Source of the DNA: a virus
Lineage: Duplodnaviria; Caudoviricetes
Length of the DNA stretch: 47,561 nucleotides
IMG/VR virus record: IMGVR_UViG_3300032328_000352
Location: 1 to 47,561 of that record
Direction: 5' to 3' (one strand)
The notes under the pieces were generated by a model. The model made no database searches. It was not told where the DNA came from and saw nothing but the letters and a program-made list of their open reading frames with translations. Each line of letters opens with the position of its first letter. Positions within the stretch are counted from its first letter, which is position 1. Shown here in pieces: positions 1 through 10,400 of the stretch. The position numbers and the translations under genes were made by a program.

Positions 1-1
1 A

Positions 2-2851
2 CTCTTCTTGTCTTTCCGCGTACATGTAGTAGTCTTCTACGTCATCGTAGAAGTATCCAGAATACGCTTTCGGGTACCACTCTTCAACTACACCCGGCTT
101 GAACCTGGCTTTAACAACTATATTAGAATATAAGTATTCACCAGACAAAGTTTCATAAATTTCTTCTATGCTATTTTCTGGATACTCTACTAAATATATT
201 TCTGTGGAATCAGCAACTGCGGGTTTGACGGTATTCGTTTCGGTCCAAACGATAATCTGTGGATCATTGATGTTTACGATACCTATCCATGTGACGATGT
301 AATCAGTGGTATTAGGGATTCCAAAGTCTGTTCTGTTAACGTTAAAATAATCCAATACATAAGATACATTACCGTGGAACTGAGGCTCTCCATTACGCCA
401 AGGCCCATTCTCATCTACGGTACCAGTGAATGGAACCAACTGAGTCTGCTCGAAAGGTGCCCACACAGAGACTGAAGCTGGGTAAGAACCATTAGTTCCA
501 GTAGAGAAAACGAATGATCCCGTTGAGGTAGCAAAGCTTTGCTTACCAGCAGTCCATGAACTTGATCCATTGACCCTGATTATCGAACTGGGAACAAACT
601 GATCTGACCCAGCGGAATCATTGGTGTAAGCACCGTAGTTGATGCCATCGGAGGTGATGATTTCAACTACGTATTTACGGTTGGACGTTGACTGAGGCCA
701 AGGAATCGGGGGTGGTGTTATCGTGAAGTTTTTAATTCCGTTTCCAGGGGGCGCTCCATTAAGTCTTACAGTGTATTTAAACTTGGTTGATTGCCAAGCC
801 TCAGAGACTGTACCCAAGCTGGTGGAAACCAGACTTTCTAAAACGATAGCTGGATTTCTTCCGGATGAGTTGAAACTAGAAATGGTCAAGAAGCTTCCGC
901 CACCTGATCCCATTTTTGATGAACTATTATCGGAGAACCAAAGTCTGTAGTTTGATGCACTGGGTGGACTGGTGTAGGTAGCGCCTGAAACACTCCAGTG
1001 TCCTGGTTGTATGGTTACTGAAGTAATATCATAGACAGAAGCTTGGTATGGAGTAGCTCCGACGAAGCTAGCACCGTCGCTCTTCTTCTTGAGGTCCAAT
1101 CCGTAATTGGTTACCAAGTTCTCGTTTAGCCATGTGTACATGGCGTAAGATTCAAACGAAGGAGTTGATTGCCAATATGACTGATTGTTCTGAGCAGACA
1201 TTGTGAAGTTGTGGAAATAGTCTATTCCACCTATGGTTACTTCTAAAGTAAAGTTACCCTGGAATACAGCGTTGCTATAACTGACTTCATCAGCTATACC
1301 ATAAATATATGTCTCTAAGATAAGACCCGAATACTCAGATCTACTTTGCTTAGATCTGCCTCTTAGTTTAAGTTGCGCGGTAAACTCTCTTGCACCTGTA
1401 TGCGCACCAGGTCGCATAATATAAAGATCATTTCCGTCACCTACTCCGGAGTCTATATATCCTTCTGTGGGAGCAACTGCATCGAATCTTCTTGGAACTT
1501 CTTGGATACCTTCATGCTCAAGACCATCAGAATCCCAAAAAGCATGTCCATATTTAAAGTATCCCCATGTCATTGGATACTTGATAGCTAGTGTATTAAC
1601 TAGATCAATGAACTTCGGCTTGGGCATCCCGTCGTAATCAAAGTATTCTATGTCGTTCTCAAGATCGTTTATCTCTAATACTTCCGGAGTAGCTCCTTGG
1701 AAATCTGAATCTGGCGTGGCACCGGAATACTTCCAAAGGTTCAGCTCTCTACGTAAAGCTTTCTTGAAGGCGTCGGGACTAACTCCAGGTCTGTTCTTAT
1801 AGACATCTAAGATTCTCTTCTTAAAGTTATCGTTTGTCTCTGATCTTAATCTAAAAAGATCAACAGTTACGCCGATATCGTCTACCGCATTCCAAACCTG
1901 GTATAGGCTTTGTACGTACTCTGAACCATTTAGCTCAAAGCTGGTGTACTGCTTGTTGGAAAATAGAGTGTTAGTTCCTTCATTCCAGAAGAAAACGTCT
2001 TCATCTTCACTTGATTCATAGAACTCTGAAATAGAAGAAACACGTGCCAGCTGAACGCCATCACCCGAGATGGAGTAAAGCAAAGACGGAGTGTTGTTGG
2101 TCTGATAAACCCAAGCCTTCTGACCAACATCAACCGTAGCTACAAAGGATTGAAATTGCGTATAGGTAATTTTACCCTTAATGTCATTGAGCCATTCACC
2201 GGCTACAGCATTAAGAAACTTACCGCCAAGACTTTCTGGTGTTGCTTTATTTTCGCTAAGAGGATCACTAGGATCATGCTCTCGCATAGCCATCCACTCA
2301 GGAAGCTTGTTCTGTAGCTTAATAGTTTCGGGGAAATAAGCTCCTATACCAGGGGAGTCAATCTCTACCCTGATAAACATCTCGCAAGTAGCCGCGCTTA
2401 GATCTGACGAAACATTCCAGTTAAGCTGGAAGAATGCGTAACGTGGTGAGTTAATCTCGAAGATCACACCACCAGATACGATATTATGCTTTTGACTCCA
2501 GTCGCCAATATATGAATTATCATTTGACTCAGAAGTATATGCTGACAAAGTAACTGGAATCGAACCGATTAATCCAGTGTTATGTCTCAGCTGCCAATCA
2601 ACTATGTCAATTCTAGAAGATGTATCGACAAAACGAGTACCATCAATAAATCCATAGTCGGTGGTGGTTGGACCGGTCTCTCCCAGACCGGTCCAAACGC
2701 CCGTACCAAGACTGTCTAAACCATAGGAGGACTTAGTGGTTGAATAGTTTTTATACTGCGAGTTACTGTATAGGTCGATAACTGGAGTTGTCCAGACAGA
2801 CCCGGATTTAGTGAAATCGTTTTCAGTAAACCTTAGGTAATAAACCTTCAT
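2..2851 (-). CDS. Large baseplate wedge-like virion protein (partial, runs off the left edge, at least 950 aa)
   Basis: Not in the ORF track. ATG at 2851 lies 10 nt after the phosphoesterase stop. I translated the first ~390 codons by hand (MKVYYLRFTENDFTNPGLVWTTPVIDLY...) and the last ~20 (...YSGYFYDDVEDYYMYAERQEE); both are in the same frame with no stop. WNAVDDIGVTVDLFRLRSETNDNFKKRIL resembles the LD.xG....R...E.D..xR.RI motif of baseplate wedge (GpI/J-type) proteins, and the gene follows baseplate J. Confidence 0.75.
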   Translation of the reverse strand, partial: MKVYYLRFTENDFTKSGSVWTTPVIDLYSNSQYKNYSTTKSSYGLDSLGTGVWTGLGETGPTTTDYGFIDGTRFVDTSSRIDIVDWQLRHNTGLIGSIPVTLSAYTSESNDNSYIGDWSQKHNIVSGGVIFEINSPRYAFFQLNWNVSSDLSAATCEMFIRVEIDSPGIGAYFPETIKLQNKLPEWMAMREHDPSDPLSENKATPESLGGKFLNAVAGEWLNDIKGKITYTQFQSFVATVDVGQKAWVYQTNNTPSLLYSISGDGVQLARVSSISEFYESSEDEDVFFWNEGTNTLFSNKQYTSFELNGSEYVQSLYQVWNAVDDIGVTVDLFRLRSETNDNFKKRILDVYKNRPGVSPDAFKKALRRELNLWKYSGATPDSDFQGATPEVLEINDLENDIEYFDYDGMPKPKFIDLVNTLAIKYPMTWGYFKYGHAFWDSDGLEHEGIQEVPRRFDAVAPTEGYIDSGVGDGNDLYIMRPGAHTGAREFTAQLKLRGRSKQSRSEYSGLILETYIYGIADEVSYSNAVFQGNFTLEVTIGGIDYFHNFTMSAQNNQSYWQSTPSFESYAMYTWLNENLVTNYGLDLKKKSDGASFVGATPYQASVYDITSVTIQPGHWSVSGATYTSPPSASNYRLWFSDNSSSKMGSGGGSFLTISSFNSSGRNPAIVLESLVSTSLGTVSEAWQSTKFKYTVRLNGAPPGNGIKNFTITPPPIPWPQSTSNRKYVVEIITSDGINYGAYTNDSAGSDQFVPSSIIRVNGSSSWTAGKQSFATSTGSFVFSTGTNGSYPASVSVWAPFEQTQLVPFTGTVDENGPWRNGEPQFHGNVSYVLDYFNVNRTDFGIPNTTDYIVTWIGIVNINDPQIIVWTETNTVKPAVADSTEIYLVEYPENSIEEIYETLSGEYLYSNIVVKARFKPGVVEEWYPKAYSGYFYDDVEDYYMYAERQEE
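2668..2696. repeat. Perfect 12-bp inverted repeat with 5-nt loop inside the CDS
   Basis: TTGGACCGGTCT-ctccc-AGACCGGTCCAA; each arm contains the palindrome GACCGGTC. Confidence 0.8.
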
Positions 2852-2860
2852 GCGTCAATC

Positions 2861-4069
2861 CTAGTAGTCTAGATAAATGTCGGACTCCCAATATACACCG
2901 TTGACAGGACTAATGAACTGAAGATGTTGAGAGGGTCTTCCGACAGCTGATAATCTTTCTTGAGCAAACGTGTTGTTAGACTCAGGACTGCCTGAAATTC
3001 TCACAACGGTCTGGTTAATTGTCATCTTGGTATTCTGATGCCAATGCCCCATTATAACATCATCGAATGGAACGGGTATAGCGCCGGACTTCCAACCAAG
3101 AATTCTCCGTTGGTAGGTAGCTCCAGATGTAGGAGCTGGGAGCTGGTCTCCGTGTAATAGTAACGTTGAGTAGTTACCAATTGCATCTACTGCCCAAAAC
3201 ATACTTTCGCCATGGCCATCAGGAATGTTGAATTTAATTCTTGGCTCATAAGCAAAGATGTGCTCTAGGATCTTGTAGAGCATCCTGTCCATATTAGACT
3301 CAGGATTATGGAACTTGGAAAGTCTACCATGGTTTCCTATGACAGCGGTAACCACGACTTCGTCAAAGACTTCCAGCAGACGGCGCAACTGAGAAGCATA
3401 GATCTCTGGACCATTCTTGGCAACTTGTGCATAAACAGAAGTGTCGATTACGTGAGGCTGTGACGGGAAAATTCCCTCTCCCTCAACTATGTCACCAAGG
3501 AACCATACGTGCGCTCTAGTGATCGGTGAGGTATGTCTGAGAGCCTCTGCGTACTCAATAACTCTTGAAGTGTAGAGTTCGATTCTTTCTGCTGCTACAT
3601 CCGAGTTATAAGAAGGAGTTACCTTACCCAACTGCGTATCGGCATTGGTGGGGTTACAGACCAGCTCTTCTTTGTAACTCTTACGCGGAGAGTTCTTAGG
3701 AGGACGTACAGTCACCTGCTTCAGATTCTCTGACATAGCCTTATAGACTGCATCAAGAATCTCGTCAGCCATGCTCTTATGCTTGTTAACGAGATTGTTA
3801 AGACGAGCGTTCTCTTTGCGAACGAAATCTAACTTATAAGTAGCGTCCATATCGCTACCGGCCAAAGCATAAAACAGCTCTCGCTCTTCAATTTCAGTTG
3901 CATCTAATGGCTGATAGGATTGAAAAAGACTATCCGTATCTGAATAGATATCGGTGGCTCCTTTGCTATCGGCCTTTCTTTTACAGGTGATACTGCAAAA
4001 CTTCTTGTTCACCGGAAAGGCTTCAAACTCATTACCGCAGTTGGGAGCCGCACAGATTCTTATTTCCAA
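2861..4069 (-). CDS. Calcineurin-like metallophosphoesterase with N-terminal Cys4 zinc finger and coiled coil
   Basis: Motifs DTQLG (DxH variant), LGDIVEGE, GNHGR, LLHGD and MGHWH in canonical order. N-terminal CAAPNC..FCSITC. TTG start with AGAAGG upstream. Confidence 0.88.
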   Translation of the reverse strand: MEIRICAAPNCGNEFEAFPVNKKFCSITCKRKADSKGATDIYSDTDSLFQSYQPLDATEIEERELFYALAGSDMDATYKLDFVRKENARLNNLVNKHKSMADEILDAVYKAMSENLKQVTVRPPKNSPRKSYKEELVCNPTNADTQLGKVTPSYNSDVAAERIELYTSRVIEYAEALRHTSPITRAHVWFLGDIVEGEGIFPSQPHVIDTSVYAQVAKNGPEIYASQLRRLLEVFDEVVVTAVIGNHGRLSKFHNPESNMDRMLYKILEHIFAYEPRIKFNIPDGHGESMFWAVDAIGNYSTLLLHGDQLPAPTSGATYQRRILGWKSGAIPVPFDDVIMGHWHQNTKMTINQTVVRISGSPESNNTFAQERLSAVGRPSQHLQFISPVNGVYWESDIYLDY

Positions 4070-4081
4070 AATAAACCTTCT

Positions 4082-5242
4082 TTATGCTAAGGCAATACCC
4101 ACGGTTATATTGCCTGGAACTAAGTGTTGATCGTTATCTGGTTGATAGTTCCTTCTGGATGCTTCCGCTCCACCCACCACAAAGCGGGTAACTATCAAAT
4201 CTTTAACTGCCTCTGAAGAGTCTAGCACTAGTTGGACAAACTTATTATACACGAACTGCTCACCAGGAAGCAAGCCTGAAATATATCTTGTTGCAACTTC
4301 TCTGGCTCTAAGCTTAGCAGCATCGGCTACTCCTGCAACGTTTGCTGAAGGAATAATTAAGTTCATAGATATTTCTACGCTTTTAATCACTGGTCTTTTG
4401 ACGAATACCCTGACACCCAATGGCCTTACCAGATTGATGGATCTGGTTGCACGAGTTAGTATATCAGCTGCGTTATTGTAATCCTCAGGAACTACAATGC
4501 ATTCGAAAGATCCCATACCGTAAGGTGCTTGATTGATCTTTATATCGCGCACACCGGCTACAGCTAACCCAGCAAAACGCACTGCCTCAGCTGTTCCAGA
4601 TGCATTCACTCTAATAGACTTAGTGATTCTAAATCTATAAGACTCGTCATCCTCGTAACCGATCTGAGCTTGTATCGGTTTAACGTTCTTGCACAGCACG
4701 TTGTTACCGGGAGGTGAAGAAAAGTTATGCAGAACCAGAGTGTTTACCCCCGCGGTGAAAACCGAATCAGTGAATGAAGGCCTGATGCTTGCATAAGCTC
4801 GATATCTTCCCGCTGGAATAATGACCTGCTCTGTAGTTTCATACGCATACTGTTGGCCAATGTAACTACCAACATTCGTGTATATCGAAGTTCCAGTTGG
4901 AATTATGATATTCATGGTAGCGGGTGTTGTTACGTAGAAATAAAAAGTACCAGTGTTTTTAGATAAGGTTAAAAGATTACTTTCGCTTTTTCTTTCCACT
5001 CCATACAAAGTTCCCAACATATCCAAAGCAGATCCGGTGGCGGTAGAGACGAAGTGTTGAGATAGATTGAAGTCTAATAGATCATACATATCACCAAGTT
5101 CAGTGGTGATAAGTTCTGCCATGGTTCTCGCTATCGAGCCTGGAGCGGTGGCGGTCAAGCCAGTGTCTCTTTCAAGCTTGGTCAAAGCTTTACGGAGGAT
5201 CTCGTCTTTGTTCTTAATGAGGTACGCTGGCATACTACTCAA
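4082..5242 (-). CDS. Baseplate J-like wedge protein (P2 gpJ / T4 gp6 family)
   Basis: STATGSALDMLG..YGVER, IPTGT, G.EDDESYRFRI and GTAEAV...AVAGV motifs; follows the gp25-like gene. Confidence 0.92.
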   Translation of the reverse strand: MSSMPAYLIKNKDEILRKALTKLERDTGLTATAPGSIARTMAELITTELGDMYDLLDFNLSQHFVSTATGSALDMLGTLYGVERKSESNLLTLSKNTGTFYFYVTTPATMNIIIPTGTSIYTNVGSYIGQQYAYETTEQVIIPAGRYRAYASIRPSFTDSVFTAGVNTLVLHNFSSPPGNNVLCKNVKPIQAQIGYEDDESYRFRITKSIRVNASGTAEAVRFAGLAVAGVRDIKINQAPYGMGSFECIVVPEDYNNAADILTRATRSINLVRPLGVRVFVKRPVIKSVEISMNLIIPSANVAGVADAAKLRAREVATRYISGLLPGEQFVYNKFVQLVLDSSEAVKDLIVTRFVVGGAEASRRNYQPDNDQHLVPGNITVGIALA

Positions 5243-5618
5243 CTCCTAAATTCTGCTCGATAGAAAGTACAATATCGCTCTTGTATCCGGATGTAACATA
5301 TACATCAAACCGGATAGACTGTGGACTTGTTGGGACTGCTTTTATATCTAATGGAAGTGAAGCAAAGCGCGGCATCTTTCTAAGAGCGTCTGCTATAAGC
5401 TGTTTCCCAAACTCTCCAGTCCCTGGTGCTTGCGGCATGCCTATGAGTCTTTCTAGCTCTGATCCGATCTGAGGATAAAGAAGAAAGTCACCTCTCGGAG
5501 TAAGAATAGAAATGTAAGCATGTTGAGAAAGTTCTCTCCATGGAGAATCGGTAATGGCAAAGTCTCCCGATGGAGAAAGGGCTAGATCTCCCTGCTCTGT
5601 CAGATACATATCAGGCAT
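5235..5618 (-). CDS. gp25/GpW-like baseplate wedge subunit (sheath initiator)
   Basis: GDLALSPSGDF and ILTPRGDFLLYPQIGSELERLIG motifs, typical size, directly upstream of baseplate J. Confidence 0.88.
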   Translation of the reverse strand: MPDMYLTEQGDLALSPSGDFAITDSPWRELSQHAYISILTPRGDFLLYPQIGSELERLIGMPQAPGTGEFGKQLIADALRKMPRFASLPLDIKAVPTSPQSIRFDVYVTSGYKSDIVLSIEQNLGVE

Positions 5619-5977
5619 CAGGTGCCCTCCTCGAAAATATCAACAAAATCCTCTATGCCTTCGTACAAGCTTCTTTTTTGTTTGATGTGCACAAGCGCGG
5701 GTTCGCTGAACTTAGTTGCTTGCGAGTTAAACGCTAAATCATTCCATTTGAGACCTTCATGTTCTCTGGAAAGAAACTTCACTTGATCTCCGACTAAGAC
5801 CACCGAACGCTGAGCCTGGCTGAGTATAATACCCACACCCTCTGCTACCATGATGTGAATATCTCCATTGTCAGCTAATCTTATATACGAATATAGATCA
5901 GGATGTGTTAACCCAACTTCTCTAACACCAAAGTGTTGGAATCTATCTAGTATCGATACTGGTGTTTCAAACATCAC
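5618..5977 (-). CDS. Putative baseplate spike beta-stranded protein
   Basis: SYIRLADNGDIHI..GVGIILS beta-strand pattern as in the C-terminal part of spike proteins; lies between the OB-fold gene and the gp25-like gene. Confidence 0.5.
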   Translation of the reverse strand: MMFETPVSILDRFQHFGVREVGLTHPDLYSYIRLADNGDIHIMVAEGVGIILSQAQRSVVLVGDQVKFLSREHEGLKWNDLAFNSQATKFSEPALVHIKQKRSLYEGIEDFVDIFEEGT

Positions 5978-6345
5978 ATACTCATTAAGTAAGAAGGAAT
6001 AGTGTATCCGGCTCGGTTTTGTCTTACGTAGTCAAATGATCTATAGGAATGATTAAAGAAACTGACAATTAATGGCTGAGTCACTGCACCGTTTTTGAAA
6101 ACTACAATGCACATTCTTCCAGCCTCTGGAGCTACGTTCTGCACTCCTATGGAGGTTGGACATGGTACGTCGGTTAATACTTCATCAATAGCATCTGTGT
6201 CGGCTTCGGATAAAATAACTGTGGCCGTATTAGTGAACGCATTATAGCTCGTGACCACTCCTATACGCATGCCTGTCTTACTGTAAGACTTAGTATCGAC
6301 CTGCTGCTGGATCGCTGTATTCATCTGTTTCGTTGATATAGCCAT
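5974..6345 (-). CDS. Baseplate spike N-terminal OB-fold protein (GpV/gp138-like)
   Basis: RIGVVTSYN...TATV...LTDVP....APEAGRMCIVVF matches the OB-fold pattern G.V..Y.....A.V.....VP.....P..G..V.V.F. Confidence 0.75.
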   Translation of the reverse strand: MAISTKQMNTAIQQQVDTKSYSKTGMRIGVVTSYNAFTNTATVILSEADTDAIDEVLTDVPCPTSIGVQNVAPEAGRMCIVVFKNGAVTQPLIVSFFNHSYRSFDYVRQNRAGYTIPSYLMSM

Positions 6346-7412
6346 TATTCAGGACCTACCGTTCTAGACGCCGAAGTAAAATCCGATCTTCTATTTGGAG
6401 GTAGTAACCCAGAATAAAGAGATCCTTCTTTTCCAGGAGAAAAACCAATGTGTAGGTGATCTTTGTGCGCTGAGTTAGTATAGTAAATGTCTTCTCTGCT
6501 ACCAGGAACAGGCTCAAATGGACCACCAACCTCTGAAGGCTGTCTGCTCTCTGGTAGTTGATCCAGTAGTAAATAAATCTCTCTGATTATCGGATGAGAC
6601 TTAGGATCACTTACCTCGTAGGTAACGCCTTCTTTGGCTCTTCCAACCCTGTGAATGTCTCCAGCTCCACCGTATGAGTGCTGAGAAACCTTTCCATCTG
6701 GCTGGCCATTGGTTGTTTTATAACCAGCAAAACCTGTAGTGCGGCCTAATATAAAACCGTTATCAACTATGTAATACATAACGTTGATTAGACTAGGAAA
6801 GATAAAAGCTTTATTGTTTGCCTTGTCATATAAGACTAATTTATTGACTATCAATGGATCGGGGGTAAAACCATTTAGTAGTTGGTTCTTAAAGTTTTTG
6901 GCATAGCTGCCAGAACCATCAGTTGTAATGACTCCATCGTTCGACATGCTTTCTGTATCTATCCAAAAATTAGGATGATTAGCCAAATACTCTCCGGCAT
7001 ACTTCATATCTTCCGCAGTGTTAAATCCAGAAAGAGTAGGCTCTGAACTATCTGGTCCATTGATACCATCAGATATAGTGGAGTCACCATCTGAACCAGC
7101 CCTCCCTATATTAGAGGCACCCGTACCTAAAATAGAATACTGAGTGAGACCAGGACTATCAAGATCTTTTAGTCTTTTGGTTAGTCCTACGTTAACGGTG
7201 TTAGCGATCGCTAATGGGTTTCTATAGTTTAGAGTACCTTGTAATATATCGGAAATAGAAGTTGATGTAGCAACGTACTGAGGAGGTCCTGATATGGCAG
7301 CTGTAGTTCTCAATGCGCCTTGAGGATTAGTCATGGAGCGGGCAAAGAACTTACCCCAACCGACATTATCGTACATATCTCCTGGATTTGGAACTGCGTA
7401 TGAATCACCCAT
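6345..7412 (-). CDS. Tail-associated zinc peptidase (M15/LAS-type peptidoglycan hydrolase domain at the C-terminus)
   Basis: SQHSYGGAGDI (H-x6-D) and HKDHLHIGF (H-x-H) are the LAS/DD-peptidase zinc motifs; lies between hub and spike genes. Confidence 0.75.
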   Translation of the reverse strand: MGDSYAVPNPGDMYDNVGWGKFFARSMTNPQGALRTTAAISGPPQYVATSTSISDILQGTLNYRNPLAIANTVNVGLTKRLKDLDSPGLTQYSILGTGASNIGRAGSDGDSTISDGINGPDSSEPTLSGFNTAEDMKYAGEYLANHPNFWIDTESMSNDGVITTDGSGSYAKNFKNQLLNGFTPDPLIVNKLVLYDKANNKAFIFPSLINVMYYIVDNGFILGRTTGFAGYKTTNGQPDGKVSQHSYGGAGDIHRVGRAKEGVTYEVSDPKSHPIIREIYLLLDQLPESRQPSEVGGPFEPVPGSREDIYYTNSAHKDHLHIGFSPGKEGSLYSGLLPPNRRSDFTSASRTVGPE

Positions 7413-7415
7413 ATA

Positions 7416-10400
7416 TCATCCCTGTGCCGAAAGTTGATCAGCCCTATTTAGGTTCTGACCATTCCAAAGAGAATCTCTCATGTCTACGTTACCGTATCCA
7501 GTCATTACCATTTCCCAGTTGACAGTGTATGGACGACCATCTTCCATATAACTATCCCACGGGATAACTGGCTCTCGTGAAGCTATATCTCTTAGTATTT
7601 CTCCACGCTTCTTTTTAGTAAGTGATGTACCAAGACTACTAACTGGAAGGTTATGAAAAACAGTACCCAAGAAACGGTCGTAGCTCTTTTCTTGTCTAAC
7701 GTCAATTCTAATAGCAATTATTCTATTGTCCGGGTCACTGAATTTAGACTGAAGATATTTCGTTGCCAAGATTCCAAGATCATCTTGTGGTCCCAATTGT
7801 GTTTCATCAAAACCTGTATAGGCGTTTTGCTTGTACTCACTAAGTACCTCAGAAGTGTTGGTTCCCGTAAAACGAATCTTTTCTATACTGCCTGGAGCAT
7901 ACTTGGGGTTATTACTTTCAATGAATCTTACCCAAAGAGTATCACCGTCGATCACCCCAGGGTGTGCGTCGTATAGGTTAATATATTCACCGAATGGATC
8001 AAGCACTTCCGCAACAATTACGCTAACCTTGTCACTAACTGTTGGATCCGGAGATCTACCAGCTACCTTTAGTACTTCGGAGTTAATCTGGTTTACGAAC
8101 CAGCTGGTCTGTCTTTGAATGTATGCGGTTTCAATTTCACTCCAACCCAAGGCCGCCATTAGATCATTCGTAGTTATTCTATAGTTGTCACCATTTTTTA
8201 TAATAGTATCTGTTTTAACTCCAAGGATTTCAGGGAAGAGAGAGATGCTATGATGCTGACCCACCGCTACTCCCTGGGCGTAAGATAGCCCAGCATCAAG
8301 TGGTTGTCCATCTTTGTTTAAGTATTGGATATAACAGCCATGCTGATCCAAAAGGTTATCCTTAACCCAACCCCAAGCTTTCCAAAGCAGATCTCCACCA
8401 ACGTAACCCAACCCAGCACCGACGACGGCTCCGGGGCCAGAGACCAACGCTCCGACCACGCCTCCGCCAACTGTCAATCCTGCTTTTGCGAACAAAAGCT
8501 GTTGATCTATCTTCGCTATCTTGTTGCTCATTTCGTCAGCTGAGGTTAGTCCCTTCATTCCTCCCATGGTATACATAGAAGCAAAGTCTCTAATCAGAGC
8601 AGTGTTTCCTTGCGTATACTGCATGGCCCCCAACATCTGGTTAGAGAAAATGTTTGGAATATCAGTAGAACTTAGATCCTTAGTAGAAGCAAGGGCAGCA
8701 TTTCTATCTGCCTTAACGGCAAGCATAGACCTAGCATCGTTTCTGATGTTGTGCTCAGACATCTTGCGCCAAGCCCAAGCTATAAGACTCCAGCGAGCTG
8801 GATCATTAATAGTTACGATTGCGTTGGGAACAATCGACGTAACGAATCCATCAACGGTGAAGTGGTGAATTACTTTTTCTACTTCGAACATTCCATACAT
8901 ACGCTCATAAACATCAGCCAAATAAACCAAGTCATGAGCGCGGATATCAGGGTTGCCTAATACTAAAAGCTCTCCTGTATAGATATCTTTCAGGCCTTCT
9001 TTCAAGTGCCAAAGAGCTACCCTCTTCGATGACAAGAGATCAGAAGATCCTGTAGCTGTTTTCGTTATAGATCGAAGAGATTCGATAGGATGAATTAGTG
9101 GCTGGAAGATACCAGTGATGCCGCTGCCGACCGCATTGTCCCAGAAGAGACCCGTTTCTACAGAGACCTCAACTTGTCTCTCTGGCGAAATACCCTTATC
9201 AAAATGAACAGTGACTGGATACTTGCCGTCTGAAGTAGCGGTAACTACAGTAGGAACTCCATTCAGGTTTTCCGAAATGTTGTTACTGATGATATGTTGG
9301 AAGGAACTCAAGAAGTGAACGCGCTGGAACGGTTCGCGTATTTCAATGACAGGCTCCCCATACTCTCTTGTGAATGGATTATCTACGAGTCTGAGCAGAG
9401 ATCCATCAGAACCCTCTTGGTAGTAGATAGAGTCGTTAAAGAGAGCGTTCATTATATTGGCTTGTCTTTGCATTGTGCCAGCAAGACTCAATCCAACTCC
9501 TATCTGCATCATAGAAAGTCTTAGCATAGCCAAGAATCCAGAGAGCGTGTCTCCAACCATTCCTATGAACTCACCAATGTTATCGTCAAACCATCCCTTT
9601 ACATCATCGACAGTTTTGGCTATACTACTACCAGAACCGCTTTTATCTTCGTTATTGGCTTGCATGTATGCTTTTGCTGCTGGAGAAAGCGGCGTACCGC
9701 CTTCGTCTATAAAAACATCTCTAGAAGATATGAAGGTTTCCCAGACCGGATAAATCGCACTCCAGCTCCAGGTCATGTCACCTTCTGCGTCTCCCCCTCC
9801 GCCAAGTCCGAATACTCCACCGACTGCGCCTCCTATGTTTATGGCACCGTCAAGAACTTGTCGTTGTACAGCCTCACTGACTCTTTCTGAATTATTGACG
9901 ACCCACGCCCTGTTAGATGGAACCTGCCACATGAATCTCAAGAATAGATCCATGACATCGTCGTATTTATCGAATGCCTCAGTCAAGGGGAAATGCTTCA
10001 GATAGATATCTTTAGCTTCTTGCATTGTTCTGAACTCCCAACGGAAGTCTTCCCAAATATCATAAGCTTGACCTGTATTCTTGCCATCGCCTACCACGTC
10101 TATAGTGTCACTAGCACCTTCGTCATAGATTTGACGAGCTGCTTCTCCGACCACGTCTATACCAAGGCCGGTGTCTGGATCTATCCAACTAGGAACTGTA
10201 TCGTACTTCCATCCGAAGTGATAAGCGAAGACTACTGGATCTTGCTTCAACAAGTCTTTAGCCTTATTGTACGCAGCTGCTTCTTGAGAGGAGGCGGCAT
10301 TCTTGATCGAATCTGCGATCCTTTCATTAGTTCTATCTATCCACCATTTGGCATCTGTATTAGTTACAGCTTTCGGATCTACGGAAAATGAGTCACCTGT

